Shown here: in pieces, positions 47,868 to 59,600 of the stretch
How the letters are laid out: each line of letters starts with the position of its first letter
Position numbering within the stretch: the first letter of the stretch is position 1
Assembly: GCA_010909165.1 (NCBI GenBank)
Contig: VJWM01000025.1
Span: forward strand, 2,976,001 to 3,040,000
Direction: 5' to 3'
DNA: 64,000 bases
DNA from: Anthoceros angustus
Lineage: Eukaryota; Plantae; Anthocerotophyta
Position numbers and translations under genes: made by a program
The notes under the pieces: model-generated
Seen by the model: only the letters and a program-made list of their open reading frames with translations
Told to the model about the DNA's origin: nothing
The model's database searches: none

Positions 47868-48115
47868 TAAAGTAATGCGAACTTGAACACAAAAGGATGA
47901 TTTCATTGATGAGCGCAAGCGCTATTTATACAGAGTGTGAGTGTGGCGGTTGTAACCGCTGGGCATGTTGAGTGCCCATAACCGTTCTCACATAACGGCG
48001 ACGAGGTAAATGCTACTAGCATGCTATCTACCACACTCAATGCCTGCTTATGTCACAGCATGTGAACGGTGCCCTAAGAGGTGCGTACCAGCGCAGACAG
48101 CGTCAGGTCACAACA
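47868..48115 (-). repeat. 5' LTR (TG...TA termini; TATAAATA inside)
   Basis: Direct repeat of 42236-42483, abutting the PBS. Confidence 0.97.
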
Positions 48116-48204
48116 TACATGGCTGCCATACTTCAGCTGTAGTCATTCAAACGCACTGAAGAGTGAGCATAGCGAGTCACATGTTAGAGAGAGGGGCTGC
48201 TGTC

Positions 48205-50075
48205 ATTTCTTCTTGATAATTATATTTTATTGAGGGAAACAACGATAAGGAACAACCCATCCAGCAGCAGGGGACAAACCAAGTGGGATCCCAGGGGTCA
48301 AGATGAAAACCGAGCACTAAGCTCCTTACCTTAAGTTCCCTGCGCTTCTAGAATTTTATATGCAAGAACAACAAATGGCTTACAAACTACCGAGGAAGAG
48401 GAAGAAGCGTCACCAGCCGTCATTGCCTTGTGAAGGATTGTCGTCGAGAGGGTCCTTTCAAGGGCAATGGAGACTCGCTGTCTGAAGTGAGCTGTAAAAT
48501 GAGAAAGGGACAACCCTGCGCCATGCCTGCAGGCGTGGTAGGATTTGACACAAGACTTGAGAAATTTATTGAAGTCTGCAGCCATTGCCCCATACCTTTT
48601 GAGTATGAGCACAATAAAGAAGTGGCCCGCTTGCATCCCGCTGTACTTCTTGACTTTGAGAACCGCAACACCAGTGGATGCCCAACCAAGATGGTTGGTG
48701 ATAACTTGAGCGGAGATGGTATCTCAAGCAAGGTCAGTAACCACCATGTCCGCCACCGAAACCTGATCACCACGGACAAAGTACAAGTCAGCCCTGATTG
48801 AGCAATCTGTTTGAAGAGTGTACCCTTGCTCCCTCCAGGCCATGTAACCGCTTTCACAAGCTATGTCAAACATGACATCGCAGATAGCGTCGTGGGTGCC
48901 GATGCAATCACCCCATAGGGACAACGAGCAAGGTGTACCCTAGAGTCATCGAGGGCCGAGCCGCAACTGCATGTAAGGAGGGAAGACACCACAAGCTGAA
49001 GCAGGCTAAGACGGATTCGCATTGTACTGGTGAAGGTGGTTGGTGCGATAACAAAACCCATACACATGGACGAGCTAGAAGCCAAGTGTCTGAGCCCTTA
49101 CCAAAACAAGAGCAAAGCTGAGCCCTCGTGGACCTGGGGATGGAGGGGTACAGGAGGACAAACTGGAAAGCCTGGCCAAGCTGCTTCTAAAGCAACAACA
49201 CCTGCAACCCCTAGAAACCATCGAAGATGAACGTCGAGAAAGAATGAAATTCCCGCTGAGCATCCACATGAACCATTTCCTTGGCCTGCCTCAAGGAAAT
49301 TTGGAGAGAGAAGGTTCCTCCTCCACACTAGATACAAGATCCTCCAAAAAGGGCCTGTCCTGGAAGATGAAGCGAGAGGCCAGGAGCTATTATGGGCCCG
49401 CAGTTTAAAAAAGCCGTAGGGAAAGAAACCTCCAGTGAGAGTAGGCCGATGCCCCCAAACTGCACTGGCATGGACGCTTGCCAGAGCGCCAAATCACCCG
49501 CAAGGCACTCGAAAGCCCCTGGGGCCATGATATCCCTAAGAGTATCCATAATCTTGCTTTCAAACCCCTGCAGTGGAGACAGGAGAACCGGAGACGGGAG
49601 AACATGCGGATGAGGTAACCAGGGCGCCTAGTGAAGCAAGAGGAAAGAATTCCGAAGGCCAAATGAGCATCCCCCAATGGAGGGAGGTCCTCGATATGGG
49701 ACAGGTCCTCCACGAAAGCCTGGTCCAAGAAGGTCCCGATGAAGTGAGGGGAGCCAAAGGGGACCCCCAAAATCCGTAGACCCGAGGCTGGAGCAATCTT
49801 CCCAACAGGGAACTGCAAGGTGTGGAGGATAACCAGCGGGAACCAGACACGGTACTTGAAGAGCTTGACCTTCAAGCCGACCAAAGAAAGCTCATGAGAG
49901 AAGTGCTGGAAAGCCTCCTTGACCTTATCCAAGGCCCAAGGATGTGAGAGTCGTCTGCCAGTCTACAAGAAGACATAGTCGCACAGAGAGGAAGCAGCCC
50001 TGGAAAGGGCCCTGTACTGGGTGATGGCAAAAAGGGCACTGCCGAGAGGGTCACCTTGCCTGGCACCTATGGCTC
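48205..50075 (-). mobile_element. 5'-truncated, decayed RLE-type (CRE-like) non-LTR retrotransposon, copy 1
   Basis: RT motifs RQGDPLGSALF, LADD, LGVPFG, QASMPVQFGGIGL; knuckle CSCG...HLARC; THDAICD; RADL, DMVVTD, LKRYG, FRQRVSIAL; AATAAA near the 3' end. Confidence 0.85.
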
Positions 50076-50811
50076 ATTCCAAGACGAAAACAAGAAATCT
50101 TGAAGAGACGTTCCTGTGCTGATTTCTTGTTGTGGGCATGTTGACGTCTCTGCTTGTCACAGTCCACATTGAAGAGACATCTCCTTTCCCTCACCTCACC
50201 TTCATACATACCACCTTCAAAGATTTAATAGCCCTCAATGTGCTCTCTCCTATGGTTTTAACCATTAAGTGGAAGCATCAAGTACATTTGTTTGTGTGTA
50301 GCCAGCCATCGGGGTGCTCTCTTGGATGTCCCACCAAATAGGTGGAATGATTTAAGTAGTTTGTACAATGACAACATGAGACGATCAATATGCATAGATG
50401 GGAATTCCTATTACAGCGAGGACAACCCACATTCGAAGTACATAGTCTGAAAATTGCTCGTGTCAACACCGTGTGCAGGGAGAAAGGCACCACACACGAT
50501 AGGGGAGACTTACCCGTTCTAGGCTTTAGAACAACCGATGTGCAATGTGAAAGCTTGAAGTTTTGAGCGGGTTTTCATTTGAACACATTGCGGCCTTAGT
50601 GAACGTGACAAGGCGTTCAGGAATCAAAGTTTATTGCACGTCTTAGCTCCAAACTATTACATGCAGGACGAGATCCGAAAGTTGTGAAAGTTCTTCACCG
50701 ATGGACCGAGTCCCTGACCCTGACAGTCAGACCTGCATCTTTGCTTTACAAGCCTGTTTCTCTGTTGTAGTTGATCCGGCTCCAACTGACGGCTCCGTAA
50801 GCTAAACGTTC

Positions 50812-52339
50812 TTAGCTAAGCGGAGGGAAGAAAACGGGATCTTGGCTGTGACGCTGGCGGAATGTCTTCTCCGCGTCGTCGTCCAAATTCAGTGCTGCCC
50901 GGAGTACTGCTGGTGACAGTGCCTTGAAGATAGAAGTGCTGCCGGCAAGATTGGTGAAGATTGGCCTGCATACGCAACAACTCAAACCCTTAGCTGCCAT
51001 AGAACAATATTTTCGAGCACGATGCATTGAGTCCATGCACGAATTCCAAGGTTAGAGCTGAAGAAGTCGAACTTCTGTGTGGTGATGATGGAAAACCACT
51101 GCAATCCCTGGCCTCCTGCCCGCTTGGAAACGATGTAGAAGCGAGGAACGATGAAGAAATCCCCCGCCGTGAGCTGGAAGTCCACAACCCGCTTGCCTTT
51201 GTCGCTCACGATCTGCACGTGCCCGCTCCCTCGCACAATGTAGGTCACCTGGAATGCAGAGTCCGCGGAGTAGCCCGGGGACACTTGACCGCCCTGGAGA
51301 TACCCATGGCCATGATTTGATCAAGAGATGGCCAGGATTTCATCAAGAAAGCTTCATGTCATGACGGCATCGATTCCGAGTGCAGACTTACCGGGTCCAG
51401 CTCCACCAAATCGGATCCGAGCTGGATGTGTTCGAGGATGGGGAGGACGTCGCTGGTGATGGGAGCCACTCTGCCCCCGCCTTTGACGTCGGGGTATTTC
51501 TTGGCGTCCTTGGCGCTGTAAATGAACTCCCCATACGCAGGGGCGTAGGAGGTCTCGGGAATGTTGCCTTCACGATCGGGTGCGGCTTCCAGAATGCTGC
51601 GGTGATCACGATCCGAGAGCTGCACCAGGATGGCGCCCTTCTGATTGTCCTCCACCTGCTTCACTAGCGTTTCATTCACGTCCCAGGCCTGTGCCAGGAA
51701 ATCGGGAGAGAAGCCATGGACAACGGAGGTGCGGCCCGCGAGAGTGGAGTCCGTGAACTGGCCGGTGCGGTGCGCCTTGGAAGTGTCCCCGAGGCTGATA
51801 ATGGCGAGGTTGGAGGAGGCAGGGTTGTACCACCAGGAGACGGATCCCACCGGGAGCGCCACAACGTCGCCTGCTTCCACGCTCCGGACGTACTGCTGTT
51901 GAGTTCCCGGGAACACCACCCCGACGATCGCTTGCCCTGCTTGTGGGAGGCAAGAAATTTTTCATCAATCCTGGTGTGGAAAATCTTTCAAGCATGGATG
52001 CGGGCTAACATTTGTGGATGTCGAATTGAAATGATGGAAGATTGTTTGATCACCTTCGATGACGTAGTGGAGCTTGGGGGAGTCGGAGTATGCTGGTAGG
52101 GCAAGGCTCCGGGAGAAGAGAGTGAGCTTCGACGCGGCCACACCGGCGAGGAGGATGAGGGGCTGGGAAGAGGCTTTCCACACCTCGATTGTGCCTGCCT
52201 CCGTCTTGAAGCTCTCCACTGCCCGCTTCGGGTCCAAGTCCAGCTGCCCTACATCGATGTCGTCGTTGCTGGCTATTCCCGCTGCTTGAGACAGAAGGAT
52301 CAAGAGCAGGCTTGTCAGAATGCGCATGCCGCCTGCCAT
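50812..52339 (-). CDS. 11S globulin/legumin-like bicupin with signal peptide, 4 exons
   Basis: LALPAYSDSPKLHYVIEG|, AGDVVALPVG..WWYN, GDTSKAH..GQFT, DSAFQVTYIVRGSG.VQIV, FIVPRFYIVSK, WFSIITT, PIFTNLAG.TS..KALSP.VL; hydrophobic N-terminus MRILTSLLLILLSQAAGIA. Confidence 0.9.
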
Positions 52340-52989
52340 GGATGCTGTGCTGTGGTGTACTGGTGCACACCAGCTCGGCATTCACGAAATATATCCGGGT
52401 GGCCGGCCCGACATGGCCAGTGTTATGGAGCAGCAGGAGCAGGAGCAGGAGGAAGGCCGTACTTGGGTGAGTGTGATGACGTCCATGTCCGGGCGGGTGG
52501 GTGGTGGCAGTGCTGGAGCAGCTGGAGTGGATGTATGTACACGCCTGACGCCCTCAGGTACCGCTGCTGGTGGCAGCATGCCAGGCTTCAGTACTGGATG
52601 ATGACAGTGGTGGTTGTCGTTGCGTTGCACTTCTGCTGAGCTCTTCTCAAGGCCCCACCCAACAACTTCCACCTCACCATTGCCTGCCGACCACGGCTGT
52701 CTCGACAGTTCAGCACTGGTACGCGGATGGATTCAATGATACAAGTCTTGCGGGGTCTCCCAGGTTGATAGCACAATCTATGAGGCAGAGAATCTTGAAC
52801 GTATCCATATACGTTGTACAACCCTCTGAGAAGTGCAAGCACCTGCGACGCCATGGGCTTCTGCGCTCAGAACACAAGTGCCAAAAGCTACATGACAACG
52901 TTCCTTGTACATAAGTTGCAAGCGCCAACTCGAGTGCTTGCTCCTTACTATGTAGTCAATTCCCACACAGATCGGTACTTGTACATGAC

Positions 52990-53018
52990 CACGTGTCACT
53001 CGGTTGGCCAACCACGTG
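52990..53018. promoter_or_regulatory. Pair of G-box/ABRE-like elements upstream of the cupin gene
   Basis: CACGTGTC at 52990 and CCACGTGG at 53012, ~650 bp 5' of the cupin ATG. Motif match only. Confidence 0.35.
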
Positions 53019-53286
53019 GTGAAAAGGTGGTCAAAGTTGGTCAAAGTTGCAGGGTTTTCTAAGCACAAGAGAAGGTTGGGTAGTCCTAATGAAACTTAGT
53101 AAGTCGTTGGAACTTATCCAGCTGTATGTAAGTATTCCGACTAGTGACCTTGTGTCGATCGTCTACAAACAATCCTCTATTTTAAACTTTTATTATAATT
53201 AAATAAAATTTTTCAAAATAATTATATATATCAAATATACAAGACATAAATATAAGATTGGGGTGCGAGATTCTAAGTCTCCATAT

Positions 53287-55076
53287 ATTTCTTCTTGAAT
53301 TATGTTTTATTAAGGGAAACAATGATGGGGAAAAACCCGTCTAACAGGGGACAATGAAGGTGGACCCGGGGTCAAGGTGAAAAGGAGCGACTAAGCCTTA
53401 CCTTAATTTGCCTGCTGCTCCTAGAACATCATATGCAGGAAGAACAAATGGCCTGCAAACTACTAAGGAAGAGGAAGAAGCGTTACCAGCCGTCATCGCC
53501 TTGTGCGAGATTGCCGTCAAGAGGACCCTTTGAAGGGCAATGGAGACTCGTTGTCTAAAATAAGTTGTGAAATGAGAAACCCTGCGCCATGCCTGCAGGC
53601 GTGGTAGGATTTAGCACAAGACTTGAGAAATTTATTGAAGTCTGCAGCCATTGCCCCATACGTTTTGAGTACGAGCAGAATAAAGAAGTGGCCCGCTTGC
53701 ATCCCGCTGTACTTCCTGACCTTGAGAACCGCAACACCGGTGGCAGCCCAACCAGGATGGTTAGTGATAACATGAGCGGAGATGGTATCTTGAGCAGGGT
53801 CAGTAACCACCACGTCCACCACCGAAACCTGATCACCATGGACAAAGTATAAGTCAGCCCTGACTGAACGATCTGTTTGAAGAGTGTACCCTCGCTCCCT
53901 CCAGGCCATGTAGCCACTTTCGGAAGCTATGTCAAACATGACATCGCAGATAGCATCGTGGGTGCCGATGCGATGAGCCCATAGGGACAACAAGCAAGGT
54001 GTACCCTAGAGTCATCGAGGGCCGAGCCGCAACTGCATGTAAGGAGGGAAGACACCACAAGCTGAAGCAGGCTAAGACGGATTTGCATCGCAGTGGTGAA
54101 GGTAGTTGGTGCGATGACAAAACCCCATACACATGGACGAGCCAGAAGCCAAGTGTTTGCGCCCTTACCAAAGCAAGAGCAAAGCTGAGCCCTTGTGGAC
54201 CTGGGGATGGAGGGGTCCAGGAGGACAAACTGGAAAGCCTGGCCGAGCTGCTTCTAAAACAACAACACCTGCAACCCCCTAAAACTATCGAAGATGAAGG
54301 TCAAGAAAGGAGGAAATTCCCGCTGAGCATCCACAAGAAAACATTTCCTTGGCCTGCCTCAAGGAAATTTGGAGAGAGAAGGTTCCTCCTCCACACTAAA
54401 CACAAGATCCTCCGAAAAGGGCCTATCCTAGCAGATGAAGCGAGAGGCCAGAGCATGAGCTGTTAGGGGCCCAATTGCTTAAAAGAGCCGTCGGGGAAGA
54501 AACCTCCAGTGAGAGTAGGCCGATGCCCCCAAATTGCACTGGCGTGGACGCTTGCCAGAGGGCCAAATCGCCCGCAAGGCACTCGAAAGTCCCTGGGGCC
54601 CATGATATCCCTAAGAGTATCCATAATCCTCCTGTCAAACCCCTGCAGTCGAGATAGGAGGACTGGTGACAGGGGAGCATGCGGATGAGGTAACCAGGGC
54701 GCCTAGCGAAGCAGGAGGAAAGAATTCCGAAGGCCACCTAAGCAACCCCCAACAGAGGGAGGTCCTCGACAGGGGACAGTTCCTCCGTGAGAGCCTGGTC
54801 CTGAAAGCTCCCGATGAAAGTTAGGAGAGCCGAAGGGGACCCCCAAAATCCATAGACCCAAGGCCGGAGCAATCTCCCCAACAAAGTGAGGAGGATAGTC
54901 GACGGGGACCAGACGCGGCACTTGGAGAGCTTGACCTTCAAGCCGACCAAAGAAAGCTCATGGAAAAAGAGCTAGAAAGCCTCCTTGACCTCATCTCTAG
55001 CCCCAAGGATGTAAGAGTCGTCTGCGAGGGACGGGAAACACAGTCGCGCGCAGAGGAAGCAGCCCTGGAAAGGGGT
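53287..55076 (-). mobile_element. RLE-type (CRE-like) non-LTR retrotransposon, copy 2
   Basis: Colinear DNA homology to 48205-50010; SLADDSYILG, RIGTHDAICD, VRADLY, DVVVTDP, KVRKY, LKTYG; same 3' end (atttcttcttga). Confidence 0.88.
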
Positions 55077-55299
55077 ATGTAGTGGGCAATGACATACCTT
55101 TCTTGAGTATTTTTATTGTTTATATTGTTAAAATTTATTCTTTGTGTTTTTGTCCAAACTCGATATACTTTACATTAAATGAAGATATCCAACACATAGG
55201 AACGTATCACACATTAGGGTCGTTAATCAAAATACTTTGGTATATTATAAGGCTAGTGGAATGAAGACTTTATAAACTTTGCACATATAGAAACTCCCA

Positions 55300-55560
55300 T
55301 ATGCACTGTGGTGGGGGGAACAAACCACTAAATGGCCTGAGAACTAGCCTCTGCAATTGTCTACCCTGAAGTTACCTACCACCCCCCAAATGTTGTAGCC
55401 AAAGAGAAGGGCTTACTTACTAGCGAAGCTGAAGATGCAGCCTCTCCCACATTCGAAATAGCCCTGTAAATAGCAGTTGCCAAGGCCCTTTAAAGGGGAT
55501 GAATAGACGTTGCCGAAGAAGGCCACCACGCACGAAGAGGGAGACCTACCCTATTCTTAT
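55300..55560 (-). mobile_element. Older 3' fragment of a related RLE-type element, copy 3
   Basis: RQRL...L*RALATAIYRAISNVGEAASSASLVSKP aligns with copy 1 RQRVSIALERTLSTTILHKAMTAGDASSSSSVVCKP; shared ggggaacaaacca in the 3' UTR. Confidence 0.6.
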
Positions 55561-56697
55561 AAGAGTAGTTACATGTTGGATATTTTGGCCGTAAGCTATT
55601 AACATCAATTATACCATATACAAACATGTCAAATATTTTGGGAACATATAAAAAATATCAAAATATATTTGACTTACGGTAATCTAACATCCAACAATGG
55701 ATCTAGAGCCAACCTTGCCCAATTTACTTAGACCATAAAGAAATTTGAACTATGATTAGGACCCACAAGGATCCTTGACTCCGGCAACTCACCAAAACAT
55801 AGAGGAATAAGATCTATGATTAGGACCCAACTCATTGGAACAAAGAGAAATAAAATCTATGATCAAGACCCACAAGGATCCAGACAAACAAACCAGATGA
55901 TATTTAGACAAACAAACCAGATGATACTTACTTGTCAAACCCAACTCCGTTGGGGCTATAGAGGAATAAGAATCATGATTAGAACCTATGAAGGTCCTTG
56001 ATGCCCCAACTCACTAGACAAACAAACTAGTCAAACTATCCACATATTCATATAATTTATTTCTAACAATCAAAATGACCATATATTCACATAATATGTT
56101 TTTTTAACAAGGGTCCCGCACACATGATATATAATGGGGAAACTATCTACATATTCATATAATGTATTTGTTTTCAAAAAAGCCTACTGGGCCCGATTCT
56201 CGCTGCTATGGGGTATATAATGGATTTTTTTCTTAAAGCCTACTGGGTCCGATTCTCGCATGATCTTGAATTGCAATGACACCTTCGGATTTGCCCGACG
56301 AAATTACAAATCCCCTTCAATCCGCCAGAGTAAATAAACTGTTTTCATAATTCTATACCATGCATTTTATACAACGCCCCGTAGTAGGGCTGGCTGGTAC
56401 AATGGCTGAACTCTGAAGGTTGTTTTACAACAGACAACCCGTAGGGCTTTCACGACACTGCGGCCCCTTTGGACCATGATATAGGTGATGGATAACACAC
56501 CATCAAAGTAATGACCCGTCCGAAGACCGCTTGACCGCCGAGTTCTGGGTGTTAGTCCTAAGGGGAAGTCTGGATTCGAGACCGCGGAGTTCCAAAAAAC
56601 TCACATCTGGGTGTCAGTCCTTAGGGCGAGTCTGGATTCGTGAGTGGATTTCGCTAGGGGGAGCCTCACTTTTCTACACTTTGTAGACAGAGCAATA

Positions 56698-59600
56698 CTA
56701 GCAGAACATAAACATGCGGTTCTGGGAAGCCCGCATCTTTTGACTTCGGGGACTGCCGACAATACGTTCAAGCTGCAGACGACGTCAAAAGGCCCCAGAT
56801 TAACACCAACATGCAAAACTGCCAACTATAACAACCTACTGCTGTACATCTAAATCATCGCTCACCTGTAAGTTATCAAACCGAGAAAACAACAGAGTGC
56901 AGGAAGGACTTGCAACTCCTTCGAGCATGTTCAGCATCTGTGTAATTCAACAGATTAGTTAAGAGCAGACAAGAGAGAACTGGCTAAAAACCAATGTAGA
57001 GATATAATTTCTCCAGGAAAGTCGAGTGGCAGCACTGGAAAGGTCAATCACGACAAACTACCTCAAAGTAAAATTTCGCGTTGTCAGGCACAGAGTAGAA
57101 GATCAAGTCGCGTATCCCACGTATCTGCAAACCGACAAGGCCAAGGGGGTCAACTAGAGTCCGAAATCTCCGCGTATAATTTGAGATGTACTCCGCTCCC
57201 CCCATGTACCTTATAACGGTGGTGAAAGTGGGCACGCTCAGTGTACAACATGATTTTCCGTTTTCCATGGTAAAACCAGGCACGGCTTCGAGAGATATCA
57301 CTTTGCTTGGTGTATCTGTTGAAAAAGACAATTTCTCAAAATGTGTACTTGACGGTCTGAAACTTCTAGACATATGCAACAACAACAACCGCAAAACTGT
57401 CTGAAAGTTCCAAGGACTTGATGGCGACAGCTTACTCTGCCAAACAACAAAACGAGGCCTTTTGAGCTCGCAAGAAATTCCGCACGCGCACGAAGTCAAA
57501 ATATGAGGGGATGAAAAGCATGATACCTCCCTGCATACCATGGGAGTTTTAGGTGAAACCATTTAGCGCTGGACAGGGTCTTGAGATTTGGCGGCACATC
57601 ATCAAACGGATAGGAAAGCTGGAAACAGAAGTTCTGACCTGCAACTCGACTTTCATCCTAGGAAATACCTTTTAAGACAGAAACCCAGCCATTATAATGA
57701 GACTTTCACACCTCATAACACGTCAAGAATGAAACGCATGCACGATAGGAGGTAGTTGGGTCTATGACATTACCTGCTTGACAAAGAATTCAAAGCGAGC
57801 ACTGTCAAGGTCTATGAAGTTTTGGCAGTCAACTCGTTCAAAAACCTGGATGATAAAACGACCAGGTCAGTAATATTTTCGAAGCCCCTGTGATTTTTCA
57901 TTCACAGTCTTTCATCTGTACCTGGCGCACTTGAAGCAGCACTTTTGACAGCACACCACTGTAGGTGGAGAGCAACTTTACCTGCAAGTCTTACGATAAG
58001 TGCCCCAAAACGAACAAGCAATCAACGGATGGAGCAACAAGCCCCATATCCATCAGTGAAATATGCAAGCTACAACTGAACACGAAATAAAGAACAGCCC
58101 AACAATCATGACACTTACTTTGCCAGCATGGTTAACACAAGACCTTTGGAAGAGCGCATTGACAGCTGCAAATTTCATACGTTCATCAGGAGTCACAACT
58201 TAAGAGGCAGGCTCCTGAAACTTTGCCAGCATGGTTAACACAAGACCTTTGGAAGAGCGCATTGACAGCTGCAAATTTCATACGTTCATCAGGAGACACA
58301 ATTTAAGGGGCAGGCTCCTGAACGAAGATAACAGGATCCAATCTAACCTGAATGGGCAAAAGGTGCCAGGAGTATCGTCTGCCGGTAGAAACGAGCGTGC
58401 CCATCCAGACACCTGAACTTAAGAGGATCAGATCCTGCGGCATTTCTACCCAACCAGGAAGCAGAATACAACTTAGATAAGGCAGAGCCGCACAAAGGAA
58501 CACATGTACCATTCTCGCACTCGCATCAAGTCTGTCCCATGCTGCTGGCTTGGTATTTTGTTCAGATGATCAAAAATCGTTACCACAAAAGACCAGTTCT
58601 GCATGGGGAAACATTCAGGGAATACAGTCAGCCGCCATGACAGTCTCCCAGGACACAAAAGAACTCTGCAACTGGCATCAAAATGAGCAGGGATACCTGC
58701 ATTAAGATAACGTCTATGTAGTCCAAAACTAAAATCTGCACATAGACAACGAGCTCAGATCAGTACTTTGGTACATGTTTGCCCAGCATTCAAAATGAAA
58801 TAATCTTAAAATTAACATAGACTGGGTAAGACGAACACCTCAATAGAAGACAGGAAGTCAATGTCTTTTCCTTTCTCACTTTCTGCTTCACCTATGCTCT
58901 GTGAAGGGCCAAATGAGCATCCTTAGTTGACTGGTGCTAAAATGTATACAATGGTTCTAATTAGAGAGCCACCGATAATGCACTTACAGTTATGAGTCCT
59001 AACGGTGATGCCACTATAACATCTGACGAATAGAAGTCACTGTAGAGCTTGATACTCTGTCTGAAAAAGAGATGCCCCAGGCTCAGCAAATAAATACAGT
59101 CAAAACAGAAAAAGATCCTGAACGAAAAACAGCCGGCCTCACCACCTGGTAAGCTTCATGCCAATTCGAAAATGGTCATCATTGTTTGCACTGAAAAGTG
59201 CTCGAAAATCAGAAGGCTTTCCCGTCACCAGTCTTTCTTGTTCAACAACATCTTCAGGATCCGGTTCTTCTACCCCAAAGTCATCAAAGAATCGCTGCTT
59301 ATGCTCCACGCTGGCCTAAGAGATGACAACATTAGATTGTTACCTGATAGAAAACCACTTGTGACGGTGTCACATACAAGGTCATACATGCATACCTTTT
59401 GAGAGGGAGGAGCCAAGTCCAGCAGGCGAGATACCACCTTCAAAGCAGTACTTCTCAGTGGCAACAGGATCAGAACCTGTGCACACGCACAAGCTCAGTG
59501 ATGGTTAGCAAGAGAAGGTAAACTGCCTTTGTGACTGGATTGGGTATTGACAAATACCTTTGGACGAGTGAATCCTTGATCCCGAGGTGATTCGACTGAA

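Larger units (their letters stand above)
42236..48115 (-). mobile_element. Full-length Ty1/copia LTR retrotransposon
   Basis: 248-bp LTRs differ at 1 position; TSD TACAT (42231-42235, 48116-48120); tRNA-Met PBS; PPT; gag-PR-INT-RT-RH order. Confidence 0.98.
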
